From the NCBI RefSeq assembly GCF_964355755.1, contig NC_092674.1, positions 18,042,001-18,106,000 on the forward strand: a stretch of DNA of 64,000 bases, read 5' to 3'. This document shows, one piece after another, positions 1-11,043 of the stretch. How positions within the stretch are numbered: position 1 is the stretch's first letter; the number at the start of each line of letters is the position of its first letter. The notes under the pieces are model-generated. The model did not search any database, was not told the origin of the DNA, and saw nothing but the letters and a program-made list of their open reading frames with translations. A program made the translations under genes and the position numbers. The stretch is from Antedon mediterranea. Its lineage: Eukaryota; Animalia; Echinodermata.

Positions 1-279
1 ATTATTACCGGCATATCTATTCACATGTGACTATCGTGTCAGGAATATAACCAGTATACCAACTTCTAATAAGGTCGAGGTATATCCTGCCAATAAATGT
101 CTTTTAAAATACTATTTGTTGAGGGCATCCTTTATTATGTTTACAGTATTCCCAGCAATTCTGGTGACGAATTTAATTCTAAAGATTGTAGTCTTTTTAT
201 TGTTTGTTTATGCAATATATGCTATGTACCCTTTTTTCATCACTTGCTTGTTACTTCTTTTAAAGTTTTCAGCAGGAAG

Positions 280-520
280 TTTTAAAACAATGGAAGCATA
301 ATACGTGGGCCTCCTCAAACAATCAATACACTTGACTGCACAAGATGTCACAGCACACGGGGATATAACAGCTTTCGTTGTCACAGATTGCCCGTCTCGC
401 ATTGGAGTAATATTCCTAGTAATATTATTGGTGTTGAGCAGGTCTCGTTGATGCCATTCTAACAGAAAACCATACCGTATATTCCTGGCACACAGTGGGC
501 TTCAGAGTCACGAGGATTTC
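280..520 (+). pseudogene. Possible highly decayed CR1-type LINE ORF2 C-terminus/3' end
   Basis: Plus-frame translation IRGPPQT..CTRCHSTRGYNSF..PVSHWSNIPSNII resembles the CR1 C-terminal pattern TRGH..R.NSFS.RVV..WN.LP; heavily degenerate. Confidence 0.3.
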
Positions 521-1605
521 ATTTAAACTTTTTTCATCTTTTCTTTAGCACATTTTTGAGCATTTTTATTTCATGTTTATGACAGAACACTTCACAAAAC
601 AGTTTTCTTAAAGCTGAGTTCTGTCTGATAAAAAATGTGTTCATGATGTGTGTACTGTATGTGATCAATTTGATTGGCCAAGGGTGGGCGGGAGTGTGTG
701 TACCGATCTCAATTATCAATACCTGAAACTTTCGAATGCTCTTAAGTTCGTAACCTCAATAAACGAATTACTAGATCAAGTAATGCGCATGTGCATACAT
801 GTACATACATACAGACAGACTACAGTTGAGTTTTGAATTAAATAAGCGACAGTATTATAACACTATCAGGAATGAAATACAATCGTGACCAAACCACTCT
901 TAATAACACATCCTGAACTCATCATCAGACCAACAAGAACACACTTAAACTACCAGAGAAGGATAAAGACTATAATGGAATCAGAGATAAACAAAGAAAA
1001 TGCTGAATGTGAACATTGTTGATATGAAAAAAAATTTAACAAATGATTTATCAAGCAAGTATACAAAGCAAATGTAGCCTAATTTTCTGCAGCAATATTC
1101 ACAGGAATAGAGAGGAGATCAGCTGTCATGGGTCACTCATCACAATAGAATTCACACTTGCATCAGTTCCTTTGGATCGCAATTGAAAAAAGACATGTAA
1201 ATGTGGTATCACTATCAGAGTGTAAAATTAAATTGTATACATATTTCACCTTAAGATAATAAATTGAGGGTGGGTCCCAGAAATTTAAGGATGGCATCAG
1301 AAAGAAACTATGTATTGTTATGCGGGCCTTGCTAGCATTGCAAGATGTACTGTAGAAATTGTGCAAGCTGCGCTGAGTTACCAAATTGCCTTGATACCAC
1401 ATACTTAATAGACCTTTATTGAGACGATGCTTTAAATACAGTAAGTGTCTTGTTCCTAGACTGTTGACGGCAAAAACATGGAGTTTTTTGGGGTAATTTT
1501 AGGGCATATTTTAAGGCTGCGTGGAGATGCTTAAAACTGGCTTTAGACTCGACCCTGCATAATTACATCCCCAAACAATATAAAAGTACAATCAATTTTA
1601 TCTAC

Positions 1606-1881
1606 CTCGCCATTCGCCCACTCATGGTAGCCATTTCCATGTCTGGTATCCTTTAGAAAATCTCCTTTATAATATGACCCATCACTCCAATCCTGCCTTC
1701 CTCTTCCTTGGCGTTCATTATGTAGATATTCACCTTCATACTTATCACCAGATGGCCATAAAAATATGCCAACACCTGATTTTGTCTTATTTTGATAGCT
1801 ACCAGAGAAAGAATCCCCACTGATCAAGTTTTCTTGCCTAGTAGCACTTTTTAGATGAGCAAACATGAATTCCAGTGACAT
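1606..1881 (-). CDS. Coding exon of a MORN-repeat protein (three MORN repeats; resembles the N-terminus of ANKMY1); gene continues to the left of the window
   Basis: Translation MSLEF...FSGSYQNKTKSGVGIFLWPSGDKYEGEYLHNERQGRGRQDWSDGSYYKGDFLKDTRHGNGYHEWANGE fits the MORN consensus YxGxxxxxxxxGxGxxxWxxG. Acceptor ttag before 1896, ATG at 1881, phase-0 donor GAG|gtaga at 1606/1605. Confidence 0.8.
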
Positions 1882-3307
1882 AATTTCTTTCAATATCTAA
1901 TAATATAAAGTTTAAAATTTAGAAGGAAAGATCAATAAAACATAGTAAACAAGAAATATTTCTTACAAAAAAACGCTGCTCGACTTTTTGACGCAACAGT
2001 TTTAATTATTGTTCTCTCTTCAGAAATAATGACTTATTATCAATTATTTTTGTTTAACAATTCAGTAGTGAACATTTTGTCTGGCCTACTGTACAGAACA
2101 AAAATATAATCATAAACTACAATACATAGTAGGGGAAGTAGAGGGTGACCCGGCCCACATACTAACAACTAGGGATAACGATGAAAAATTTAAAAAAAAA
2201 AAAGTTAATATTTTTCAAATACATTATTTTATAGTACATTCCCTGTTAGTATTTTGTATCAATATTTATAAAAAAGAATTCTAAAAATCCATTTGATAAT
2301 CTGGGTTTTCTAGTTCCATTCTGGAACTAGAAAACTCAGATCTTGATATCTGAGTTTTCTAGATCTGAGTTTTCTAGACACCCTGAATTTGGATGGAATT
2401 TTTGTCACCAGTGCTGGATTGTTGCTGATTGATTATGCCTTAGGGAATTGACACTTGGAAGAGAGATTGGAATGTTCCATTTATAGCCGTTAAGCAATAT
2501 ATTTGCATAAACTATGTTTTACAAAGTGAAACAGTATTTTTACGCTGCTGCTTAGCCAGCAACGTCCCAAGAGGATGACTCATTTAGAAGCTGAAAGCAA
2601 GCAGCAGTTATAGTACTAGAGGCTGACGTTTTTGCTAATTTGTAAACTTGACTATAATTTATAGATCTCAGCTGCTGGACCCATAAAACATCTGGGAAAA
2701 GAGAGTCTATGAGGAATCACGGTTGAACGATTTTGGATTCTCGCCCTTTGATTGGTTGACGCGAATCAACACACAGGAAGGAATTTTCTCACTCTTTGCT
2801 TGAAGTCACGTTGTCTCTAGAGGGTATTGCATGCCTTGAGGTCACACACACACAGCACATTAAAGTTCAAAATTGACCATTTTTAAATGGGCATGTGATT
2901 CATAATTAAAGAACTATTTTTGATTTGTATGTATTTTTGGGATTAAAGGACATCTTTTTAATAATTAATCATAAATATATCTGAAGAAACAACAATTTGA
3001 TTAATTTTAAAATAATCGAGTTGTGTACCGAGATTCAATCATTGTAAAGCCGACATTTATTTTATCATTATAAATAGTACAGTGAAACATCTATTTTACG
3101 TATCCTACTGTACTAGGGTTATAATAATAATAATGTATTCATTCAGTCACCAATGAGTAAGAATAGGCTAAAGCCCAAACAGATTCTGCACTGACCAGTG
3201 GCGTAACCAGGATTTTGAAGTTGGGAATTGCCAATTTGCCGACAAAATTAGTGTCATTACCTGTATGATGGTGGTCAATATATGTTCTAGGATTATAGTT
3301 AGTCATT

Positions 3308-4274
3308 ATAGGGATAACGATGCAAAATTAAAATCAAATTAAAAATTATCTGTTATAGTATTTTGTATTAATATTACAATAAAGAAATTATGAAAATCTG
3401 AAATATAGGGTCTAAAACATTGCCGAAAATGATCGTTTTTAGCCACAAAAGAAGTAAAACAATATGCGGTCTCACAGGCGACAATTGTAATACGGTATCT
3501 ACGCCATTTTTGGTTAAAATAATTACATATAATTATATACAGCATTCAATTGCTAAAATAAACTTGATTTTATCTTGTTTGAGTTTACTTTAGTTCCATG
3601 TGATACACTAATAATTTCATTCAATAAAAATAAATTTAAAGGTACAGTTATCTCACTCTCAGCAATGTGCTGCAGCAAACCGCAATTGCACATGTATCCA
3701 TACAATATGAATATTTATGAGCTAACTCAGGTCAAGGGTTAAATTAAACCGGAACACATTTGTCTTTCAGACAAATAGCTTTCAGTTTGTTAATTTTTGC
3801 TTTAAATTATTTTCTTGGGTAAATAATTTTTTTTTTCGATCCAATTTTTTGTCAAAGTGAATAACTTTTATGTACAATACAATTAAAATGGCCTATTCAA
3901 CAAAAATATTTTTGAAAAAAAATGTTTTCAGGGGGACAATATATCTTTATTCGGACAAATTCATTGCTCTAAATTTGTGTAGTAACGATCAGAGAGACCA
4001 TGTGAATTCTGCTGCAGGTGATTGGCTTACGATGACATCATATCACAAAATGGTGGTTTTGTAGTTGAGCCTCACGGAATATTCACAATTTTGTTTAAAA
4101 AATGAAATACATGGACATTTTTTCTGGTATGTACGTGTACATTTTATTTTAAAAATTTTAATAACAAAGGCCTCATATCGAGAAAAAAAACGTTTTTTTC
4201 GACACTCATAATAAATATATCTTGGCATGTGGAACTATATTATCTTGGCGTAGGAAGACAAACAAATCCCAGGT
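3308..4274. repeat. Interspersed repeat family B, copy 1 (unclassified, probably a non-autonomous DNA element)
   Basis: Several long blocks shared colinearly with 30820-31444, e.g. TTCGGACAAATTCATTGCTCTAA and TGGCATGTGGAACTATA..GCGTAGGAAGACA.ACAAATCCCAGGTC; start also resembles 2170-2290. Confidence 0.6.
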
Positions 4275-4513
4275 CTATATTTATCTATATTCACACAATT
4301 TGTCTTCTATTGCAGTAGAAATGTATTCTTTGGTTGATATTTTTTGGTCCTTTTTTAATGAAACCTCGCATTCGTTTCGTTACTATATGGTGATCAATTC
4401 AATTCAAATCATTCAATTCTAGCATTGCGACAGCGAGAAATTCAACTTTTAACTTCAATTTCTGAAAGAATTAAGCTTTGAAATTTGTAATACTGTATAT
4501 ACAGTACCATTAA

Positions 4514-5054
4514 AGACACCTTCCCTACAATTTGTGACGTTTTGTAAATATTACTTTAAAAACATTAAACCAGGTCATTCCTTGTCTTAAATGTACGTTT
4601 TATGGTAAATTATGATAGAAAGTGAGACCTACCTAATTAGCTCGCGGCGAATGACCTCTCATGGACGGTCTTTAGGCCTAGCCTAGCTAGGCTTAGTTTT
4701 GCAGGCCTAGCTGGTAAACATTGTTAACGTACAAACAGCGTACGCTAGCTATATAACTAGCCTAACGTTGATATTTTCCATTTCCATTTGTTTTGGCCTC
4801 ACGATCGATCGAAAACTGGCTGAATTACAGAAGAAAAACAAACATATCAATCCGCGCGCAATGCATTTTGGGATTTACAGCGGGCCACTATAATTATTAA
4901 TATTAGAATCAACTTCTTTTTCACATTTTTAACCATTTAAAGACGGAAAAAGTTATCGCAATAGGACCATAGCCTAGGCCTAGTATTATTTTTACATTAC
5001 AATCATATAGCTTGTGATCTTAAATTAGATCTAAAAAACGTAGAGAAGGTGTCT
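4514..5054. mobile_element. Kolobok-like MITE, copy 1
   Basis: TIR AGACACCTTCCCTAC / GTAGAGAAGGTGTCT flanked by TTAA on both sides (4510-4513, 5055-5058); homologous copies at 19507 and 52960. Confidence 0.8.
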
Positions 5055-5176
5055 TTAATAATCAATTCCAAGCAGGTGGTTGCTCTCTGCTGGTGATAGG
5101 TAGGATTGTTGGTCTGGTGGTAGCCTAGCCTAGGCCTAGGCTATATCTGGTGGTGGTAGTATAGCCTAGGGCCTAG

Positions 5177-5491
5177 TGTAGTGCATGGCGATTGGCTAGT
5201 GGTTACGTCATCTATACGTCACAGCCAATCACCGGGCCTACACGCACTCAACTCACGAATCCGGCCCTGGGACTGGCCAGTGGCGAGATACGTCACGACC
5301 ATCCCCAAGGGGTTGATGTGCGAGAGACAAGAGTCTCGCTCTTGAGAAGCAGATACCCAAAGGAAGAAGAATCCAAACTATATACGCATCGTAGTACCAA
5401 GACCTGATTAGGTGAGTACATATGATGAGAGTATAGAAATATACCGAAGAGACTGAATCGTCAATGTAAATATATAAATATAGTCTCTTTA
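5177..5491 (+). repeat. 5' LTR (315 bp), TGTAGTG...CTCTTTA
   Basis: Direct repeat of 17139-17463 with roughly ten substitutions and a few indels by eye. Confidence 0.9.
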
Positions 5492-5492
5492 A

Positions 5493-5506
5493 TGACGACG
5501 AGGATG
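5493..5506 (+). promoter_or_regulatory. Primer-binding site complementary to the 3' end of tRNA-Ser(GCU)
   Basis: TGACGACGAGGATG versus expected TGGCGACGAGGATG (one mismatch), 1 nt downstream of the LTR. Confidence 0.75.
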
Positions 5507-5756
5507 ACTGGTGTTCCTTTTGCCTCGGCGGGGGACACTGTTCACCGCGTGTAGCTGTTTGGGAAGGTGGGAGTGTTGCCCGGAGGCAATACTGGAGGAG
5601 CGACGTGCGTTTACTACCCATCTCCCACCTCGCCAGCGACTCGTCTCCGTCTCGCAGCCGAAATCTGCTGTCGTGCCCTGTTGGCCTGCTGATTTCGTCT
5701 GATCGATGGGGTCGAGTTACTTATAGTAAATTAAATTATTATTTCTCTGACTTGGA

Positions 5757-7045
5757 TTTGTACTGTACTCTTGATTCTTCAGACAGGTACTGAATTTATA
5801 CTGTACTCTGATTTGTCGGACAGGTACTGAATTTGTGCTGTACTCTGATTTTTCAGACAGGTACATTTGTACTGTACTCTGAATCTTCGGACAGGTACGA
5901 GTTTTGTAGGGTGTCACGAAACCTAAGACCACGAAAGCTAAGACCCCCTAAGACCTAAGATCACAAAAGCTAAGACCCAAGACTACAAATTCTAAGATAT
6001 ACTACAGCTTAAAAACAATACTTGTTTATCCATACATAATTTTAAACATAGTAGGTTTCATTTATTACCATAAATATAATTAAATACTACCGCAAAACAT
6101 AGATAAACTCACGTTATTTTCGCCCGTTGAGTAAATGTATATTTTTTCTTTACAACAAACAAACTTGACGTATTGTTTGTTGGTATATAATTACTCCAAT
6201 TGTGTTGGTTCAGAGGATGTTTTTCTTTCGCACCTGCCTTTCTTGTATTTTGACTCCAAATTTGTTAACTGACTTTATCCTGAATACCACACTTTAAAAT
6301 TAGGACTTATAAACTTTCAGATGGAGAAACACATAAAAACAAATAAATAAATCCTTTAAATTGATGATTTTACAGACATGTTTCTTTGTATACTGTAACT
6401 CCTCGAGCTCCCCCCATGCTCAATGTTTTTGTTTCTATGGAGCGCCAAAAGAGCAACAATAATAGTACAAGTATAAAAACAGAAAGGAAACGAAACAAAT
6501 CATGATTTTTAAATTAAAATTTATTTGCCAGTATTTATTTCTTCGTACTTGCATGATTATACTATTATCATTACAATTTTAATTTTACATTGTTCCATCC
6601 ACACTGTTATGGACTCCACAGAGTTTTCAGCCCTCAATATAATTTTTGCTCTTTTGACGTTCGATAGAAACAAAAACATGAACATGGTAGGCCTACTGCT
6701 ACTGTACTGTAGGCTAGTCATGCGAAATTCGCAAACAGTTTGTGTGCAAGAAAAACGTCTGTAAAATCTTCAATTTAAAAATGTATTTGTTACTTTTTAT
6801 GTGATTCTTTTTCATAAAAGTGCCAATTCTAAGGTGTGGTATTCAGAATAAATGTTGGAGGTTAAAATACAAGGCAGGTGCGAAAGATAAATATTGTAAT
6901 CTTAGGCCTTGGGTCTTAGCTTTCGTGATCTTAGGTCTTAGGGGTCTTAGCTTTCGTGGTCTTAGGTTTCGTGACACCCGAGTTTTGTACTATACTCTGA
7001 TTCTTCAGACAGGTACTGGTTTTGTGCTGTACTCTGATTTTCCTG
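5757..7045. repeat. ~30-bp minisatellite (CAGACAGGTACTGAATTTGTACTGTACTCTGATT-like), split by MITE A copy 1
   Basis: About five units at 5757-5908 and two more at 6990-7045. Confidence 0.75.
5909..6979. mobile_element. MITE A copy 1: Mutator-like foldback non-autonomous DNA transposon (1071 bp)
   Basis: TIR GGGTGTCACGAAACCTAAGACCACGAAAGCTAAGACCC with TAAGAC subrepeats; perfect 10-bp TSD GAGTTTTGTA (5899-5908, 6980-6989). Confidence 0.9.
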
Positions 7046-7087
7046 TACATTTTAATTTCCTAATGATCCAAAATAAATATTATTGTG

Positions 7088-8829
7088 TGTAGCGATGTGG
7101 CTGGGCCCTGGGCCCGTGACCTAGTTGAAGCTACGTACATACCATGCACGTGAACATGGAACAGCGTTTTTTATTGTATGTTTAACGCACTGGGCCCGTG
7201 ATTCCAGAGCAATATATGTCTGGCCCGTGTTTCAGAGTATTATTGAAAAAATATACATAACATAATAATTAGCAAATTTATTATTTGATTTGTAGGCAAA
7301 ATTTTTAATTTAATTTCGAAACTATTTTTTAGTGATGGACGCCATTTTTGTGGTTGGCATCTCTCACGCATTTTGAGTTGTTTATTCGCTTATTCAAATC
7401 CACGATTTTTATTATAATTATTTTTAATCCTTAAATTACACTACCAATGAACTACGACCAACTAGATCAAGGTTATTGGAGGGTGTTGCTTGCTGGGGTA
7501 ATCCGATTCCGGTTTTGCGACTTGTGTTCACGAACAACAGGGTTAAACAGTAGTTTATCTACACTGCCGTTTTTTTGAGAATGCCGCCATTCCGGTGCGG
7601 GTTTCCTGTCAAACAACAACTTTCTGCCTATCGGTCTTCTCACGTCTGATTCATCGCTAGCCAATCGCAAGCACGCATTCACTTGCTACCCTCGCGGATA
7701 GCTGCTTGCATCAACAAGGTCAACTGTTGTTTACTACTTTGGATGGATGATGCGGGGTGAGTATTTGATTCTGATTGGTAGATTAATCTAGGGATACTCC
7801 TTACTATTTTTAGGTTTTTATTGTTATGCAGAACGGAGAGCTCGTCTCCCGGTCTGTGTATTATCTGGATTGATTTATGGCCTGACGATAGGCGGGCTGG
7901 AATTTTCTGGCCTGTTCTATTGCAGGGTAGTTAGATTATACAGTAGTTATTTTGTCTATCCAACTTGGGTGGGAATGAGTCTGACATTCTAGATTATTAT
8001 TTATTTATTTATTAATTCGTGTAAATTGAATTGCTTTGGAATTAATTGATTTTCCAATTAAAATTATTTTATTTTTAATGGATTATTTTGATGTAAATTA
8101 TTTAGGGAATTTTTATTGGATTAGTTAGATAGTATTTTATATTTATTAGGTGGTTATTTCCTACTTATTATTTTCATGATTTATTTTTATTTTATGGGGT
8201 AATTATGCATAGGCCTAATTACTCCTGTTATTGTTATTTATTTTTATCATGTCTTGATTTAGTTCATGCCATTTATTTAGCATAGATTTTTGAGATTATT
8301 TTTTATTGTGCAGGCTATGCCGGTACCTATATTTTATTTTTTTTGAATATTAATTTAATTTTTTTGTTTATCATAGGGTTTCACCTAGGAATTTTTTATG
8401 ACTTGTTTCTCGTCTCGTCTCAATTACTTTCACATGTTCTTGTATGCTTATTCTTATCATGATTATTTTTCAACATGTCTTGTAAGTTGTATGAATTTCG
8501 ATTCTTAACTGTCACAGTTTGTAACCTGTCCTTGTTTTGTTTTGTACTATGTAATTGACACTTGGCTAAAATAAAATCTGGTATAGATTGTATCTCCTAT
8601 CACATGCCTTGTATATGCTAATTCTATTTGTATAGTCCTATTTAATTATTTTTGTGGCATATTGTGAGTGCCCATAAGTCAATATATGTATACATGATTT
8701 AGCTAAAATTTTTGTGATGGGAGAGGTTACCCTTAATTTGTGATTATAGTTAATTGAACTGTGATTTAGTGCTAGGTCTGTATTGGGCTGGTAGTACCCC
8801 TGTTCTCTCTGGGCACCCAACTAGTGACA
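7088..8829 (+). repeat. Putative long 5' LTR of the inner Gypsy element (no partner copy in the window)
   Basis: Starts TGTAGCG, ends GTGACA, AATAAA near 8570, lies immediately upstream of gag; no PBS and no second copy seen. Confidence 0.3.
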
Positions 8830-8970
8830 AGCAGAAATAACCATCAAACAACAATAGACAGATGTTACTATCGCTCACATGTTGGATGCACGGGGGGACG
8901 GGAGTGCTAACCGGGTCTATAAAATGAGTCCGAATAAAATTAATTTGGAAGCAGTTTCTATTTTCCAGGG

Positions 8971-11043
8971 ATGCCGAAAACTATTGAACCTATAACCTTT
9001 AGGATAAATTTTGTCCGTAGGGATAAGGATTTTCCACAGGGATTACCACCACCCTTGGCCGAGAAAATCATGGCCTATAGAGATAATTATGGGAATATAA
9101 CTAACCCACAAGATCTAGCACGGGCAGTCGGCGATAATTCGTTTGACTTTTTGTCCTTTTGAAATATTTTATTTATACTGGGCGACCTCTTCAGTCAAAG
9201 ACTGGTCTCCCAGAGGGCCCAGTTATGATCAGTGGCTGTGATGTACTAATACACCGGGGTAACCCCCTACTCGTCTCGAAAGATGTACTAGGTTCTTTAA
9301 AGTGCACACGAGCTAGATGTGCCTACGGTTTATAGTCCTTATCCGAGAAGACTCGTTCTACCACCAGAACCATGGGGTGAGTGAGCCTCGAACCCCTGCC
9401 GATGTTATGGCTAAGTAATTACGGTTCCACTGTCTTAACCGCTCGACCACTCACTTTAAGGTTGACTATGGCACCACCGACTGTGGGGTATGGATATGCT
9501 GGTAACAGTTCGGGAGAGCACGATCAAGCTCCTGAGCAGGCCTGCACCTTCATACCACCTTTGCAGAGCGACCCCTCCTTGCATCCGGGGGCCGGAGGCG
9601 ATCAACGCTATGAAGAGCAGGCAAGCGTGCCTAGCAACCCAGATTCTCATATGCTCCACAACAACCATCGGGCGGGCGATATGGGTGGCGCTGAGGTTTT
9701 GCCGTGTACTCCAGTGGGAAGGGGTGACACTGCAACCAACGGCCCTGTTGCTGTTGGGCATGGTAGATCTCTGGACCGTTCTGGAGTGCAAGTAGATATG
9801 CTTGCATGGGAGCTGGGAGAAACGGAGGTGATAGTTCAAACCGGGGGTACCTGGACAACGATTGCTATCGTCCTCGTCATCCTCTCGCCCTGGGAATCAA
9901 TTATAATCAACCACCACCACCCTTACAAAACATCAACCGAGATAACTATAAGATGGGCTACTATGGTGGGGGATATGATAATCAAAATTATGAGCCCAAT
10001 CTCAGACGATTTCCTCGTCCTCCTCGCCCCGAGAGGAATAGGCTTGACCGCCTACCCTTGCAGGACTAGTGGGGCCGCGGTGATCATCGGGGTCAACAGC
10101 CTTTCAGGCCACAAAAACATCTAGAATTCCACGGTGGGGATGACGATTGGGGAATATTCCATGATAGATTTGAGGGATTTTCCCAGATTAATGGATGGTC
10201 TAGGGCCGAACGCAAGGAAGCTTTCCACATGAGCATGAGGGCCAGCCAGCTGCGTACTTACAAACGTTGCAGACCTTGCATGGTAGTGCAGTCTCCTGCG
10301 TGAGAGTCATCTTTTGTTTTAACGAATACTTTGGTTCCGCCCAAGACCCAATCTCTTTTGGCTGCAAAATTCGAAAAACTTGTCAAAAAGACTCAAGAGT
10401 CCCTACGTGAGTGGGGAGCCAGAGTGCTTAAAGCCGCAGCCAAGGCGTATAGAACTCAAGGGGTTGAAGGGGCCACCAATCATTGGATACAAGAAATGGC
10501 AGCTTTAAAGTTTTGTCGTGGGTGTGTTGATAGGCCGCGCCCCAAAACAATTCCTGAAGCTATCCAACTTATCGAATGGCACCAGAGTGTCAACGATGAA
10601 CCACTAATAACACCTAAATTGGCCTCTACACCAACTACCCATATACCAGAAACTCCACCTCAGCCATCCACTGTCTGCCAGGAGTAGCCTGAACCTAGTG
10701 AGTGTTCAAGAGTGCAACTTGCAGGCCGGGGATGACTTTGGGCAGATTAACGAAATAACTAAGAGGGAAGTTTGCCCTTTGTTCGAAATTGGACAAGGTG
10801 ATAGATCGCCTTGATAGGCCGCGCGAGAGGCAACCATCCCTGGCACGACGTAGATCTCCAGAGAGAGGGGCTGGCTGTTTCTCCTGCGGTGAGGAGGGTC
10901 ATTTCGCTAGGGATTGTCCCACCAAAACTTCTAACAATTCAAATAGACCACATAACAACAATAAATCAAATTTCAAGCAAAACAAAAGGCTAAATCTAGT
11001 CGAACATGAATTCGATGTAGAAGAAGACTCTTTAAACGACTAG
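8971..11043 (+). pseudogene. gag: Decayed Gypsy gag (N-terminal HhH-like motif, C-terminal CCHC zinc knuckle)
   Basis: ORF pieces 8971-9162, 9806-10069, 10331-10687 (QESLREWGARV..A..AY..KFCRG..PKTIPEAI) and 10789-11043 with CFSCGEEGHFARDC; stops, frameshifts and a SINE insertion. Confidence 0.85.
9161..9455 (-). mobile_element. tRNA-derived SINE with Deu/Nin-like central domain, inserted in gag
   Basis: Minus strand: A box TGGTCGAGCGGTTAAG, B box GGTTCGAGGC, then TCGGATAAGGACTATAAACCGTAGG..TTAAAGAACC..TTCGAGACGAGTAGGGGGTTACCCCGGTGT matching the recalled DeuSINE core; A-rich 3' end. Confidence 0.7.

Noticed and set aside
905-935. CTGATGA on the minus strand (also at 63835 on the plus strand) as further hammerheads
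   Set aside because: No stem II followed by GAAA
1163-1540. Possible next exon of the MORN gene
   Set aside because: The nearby acceptor (TATGCAG) gives an in-frame stop after three codons, and the other frames show no MORN or ankyrin similarity
5757-5908. Regularly spaced ~30-bp repeats resembling a CRISPR array
   Set aside because: Contiguous tandem units without unique spacers, no cas genes, eukaryotic context
6525-6764. Duplicated 79-aa ORF (also 25369-25608) suggesting a gene pair
   Set aside because: Lies inside MITE A copies, starts at TTG, has no motif; similarity simply reflects the repeat
9381-10124. 247-aa ORF
   Set aside because: Chimera of antisense SINE sequence and frameshifted gag
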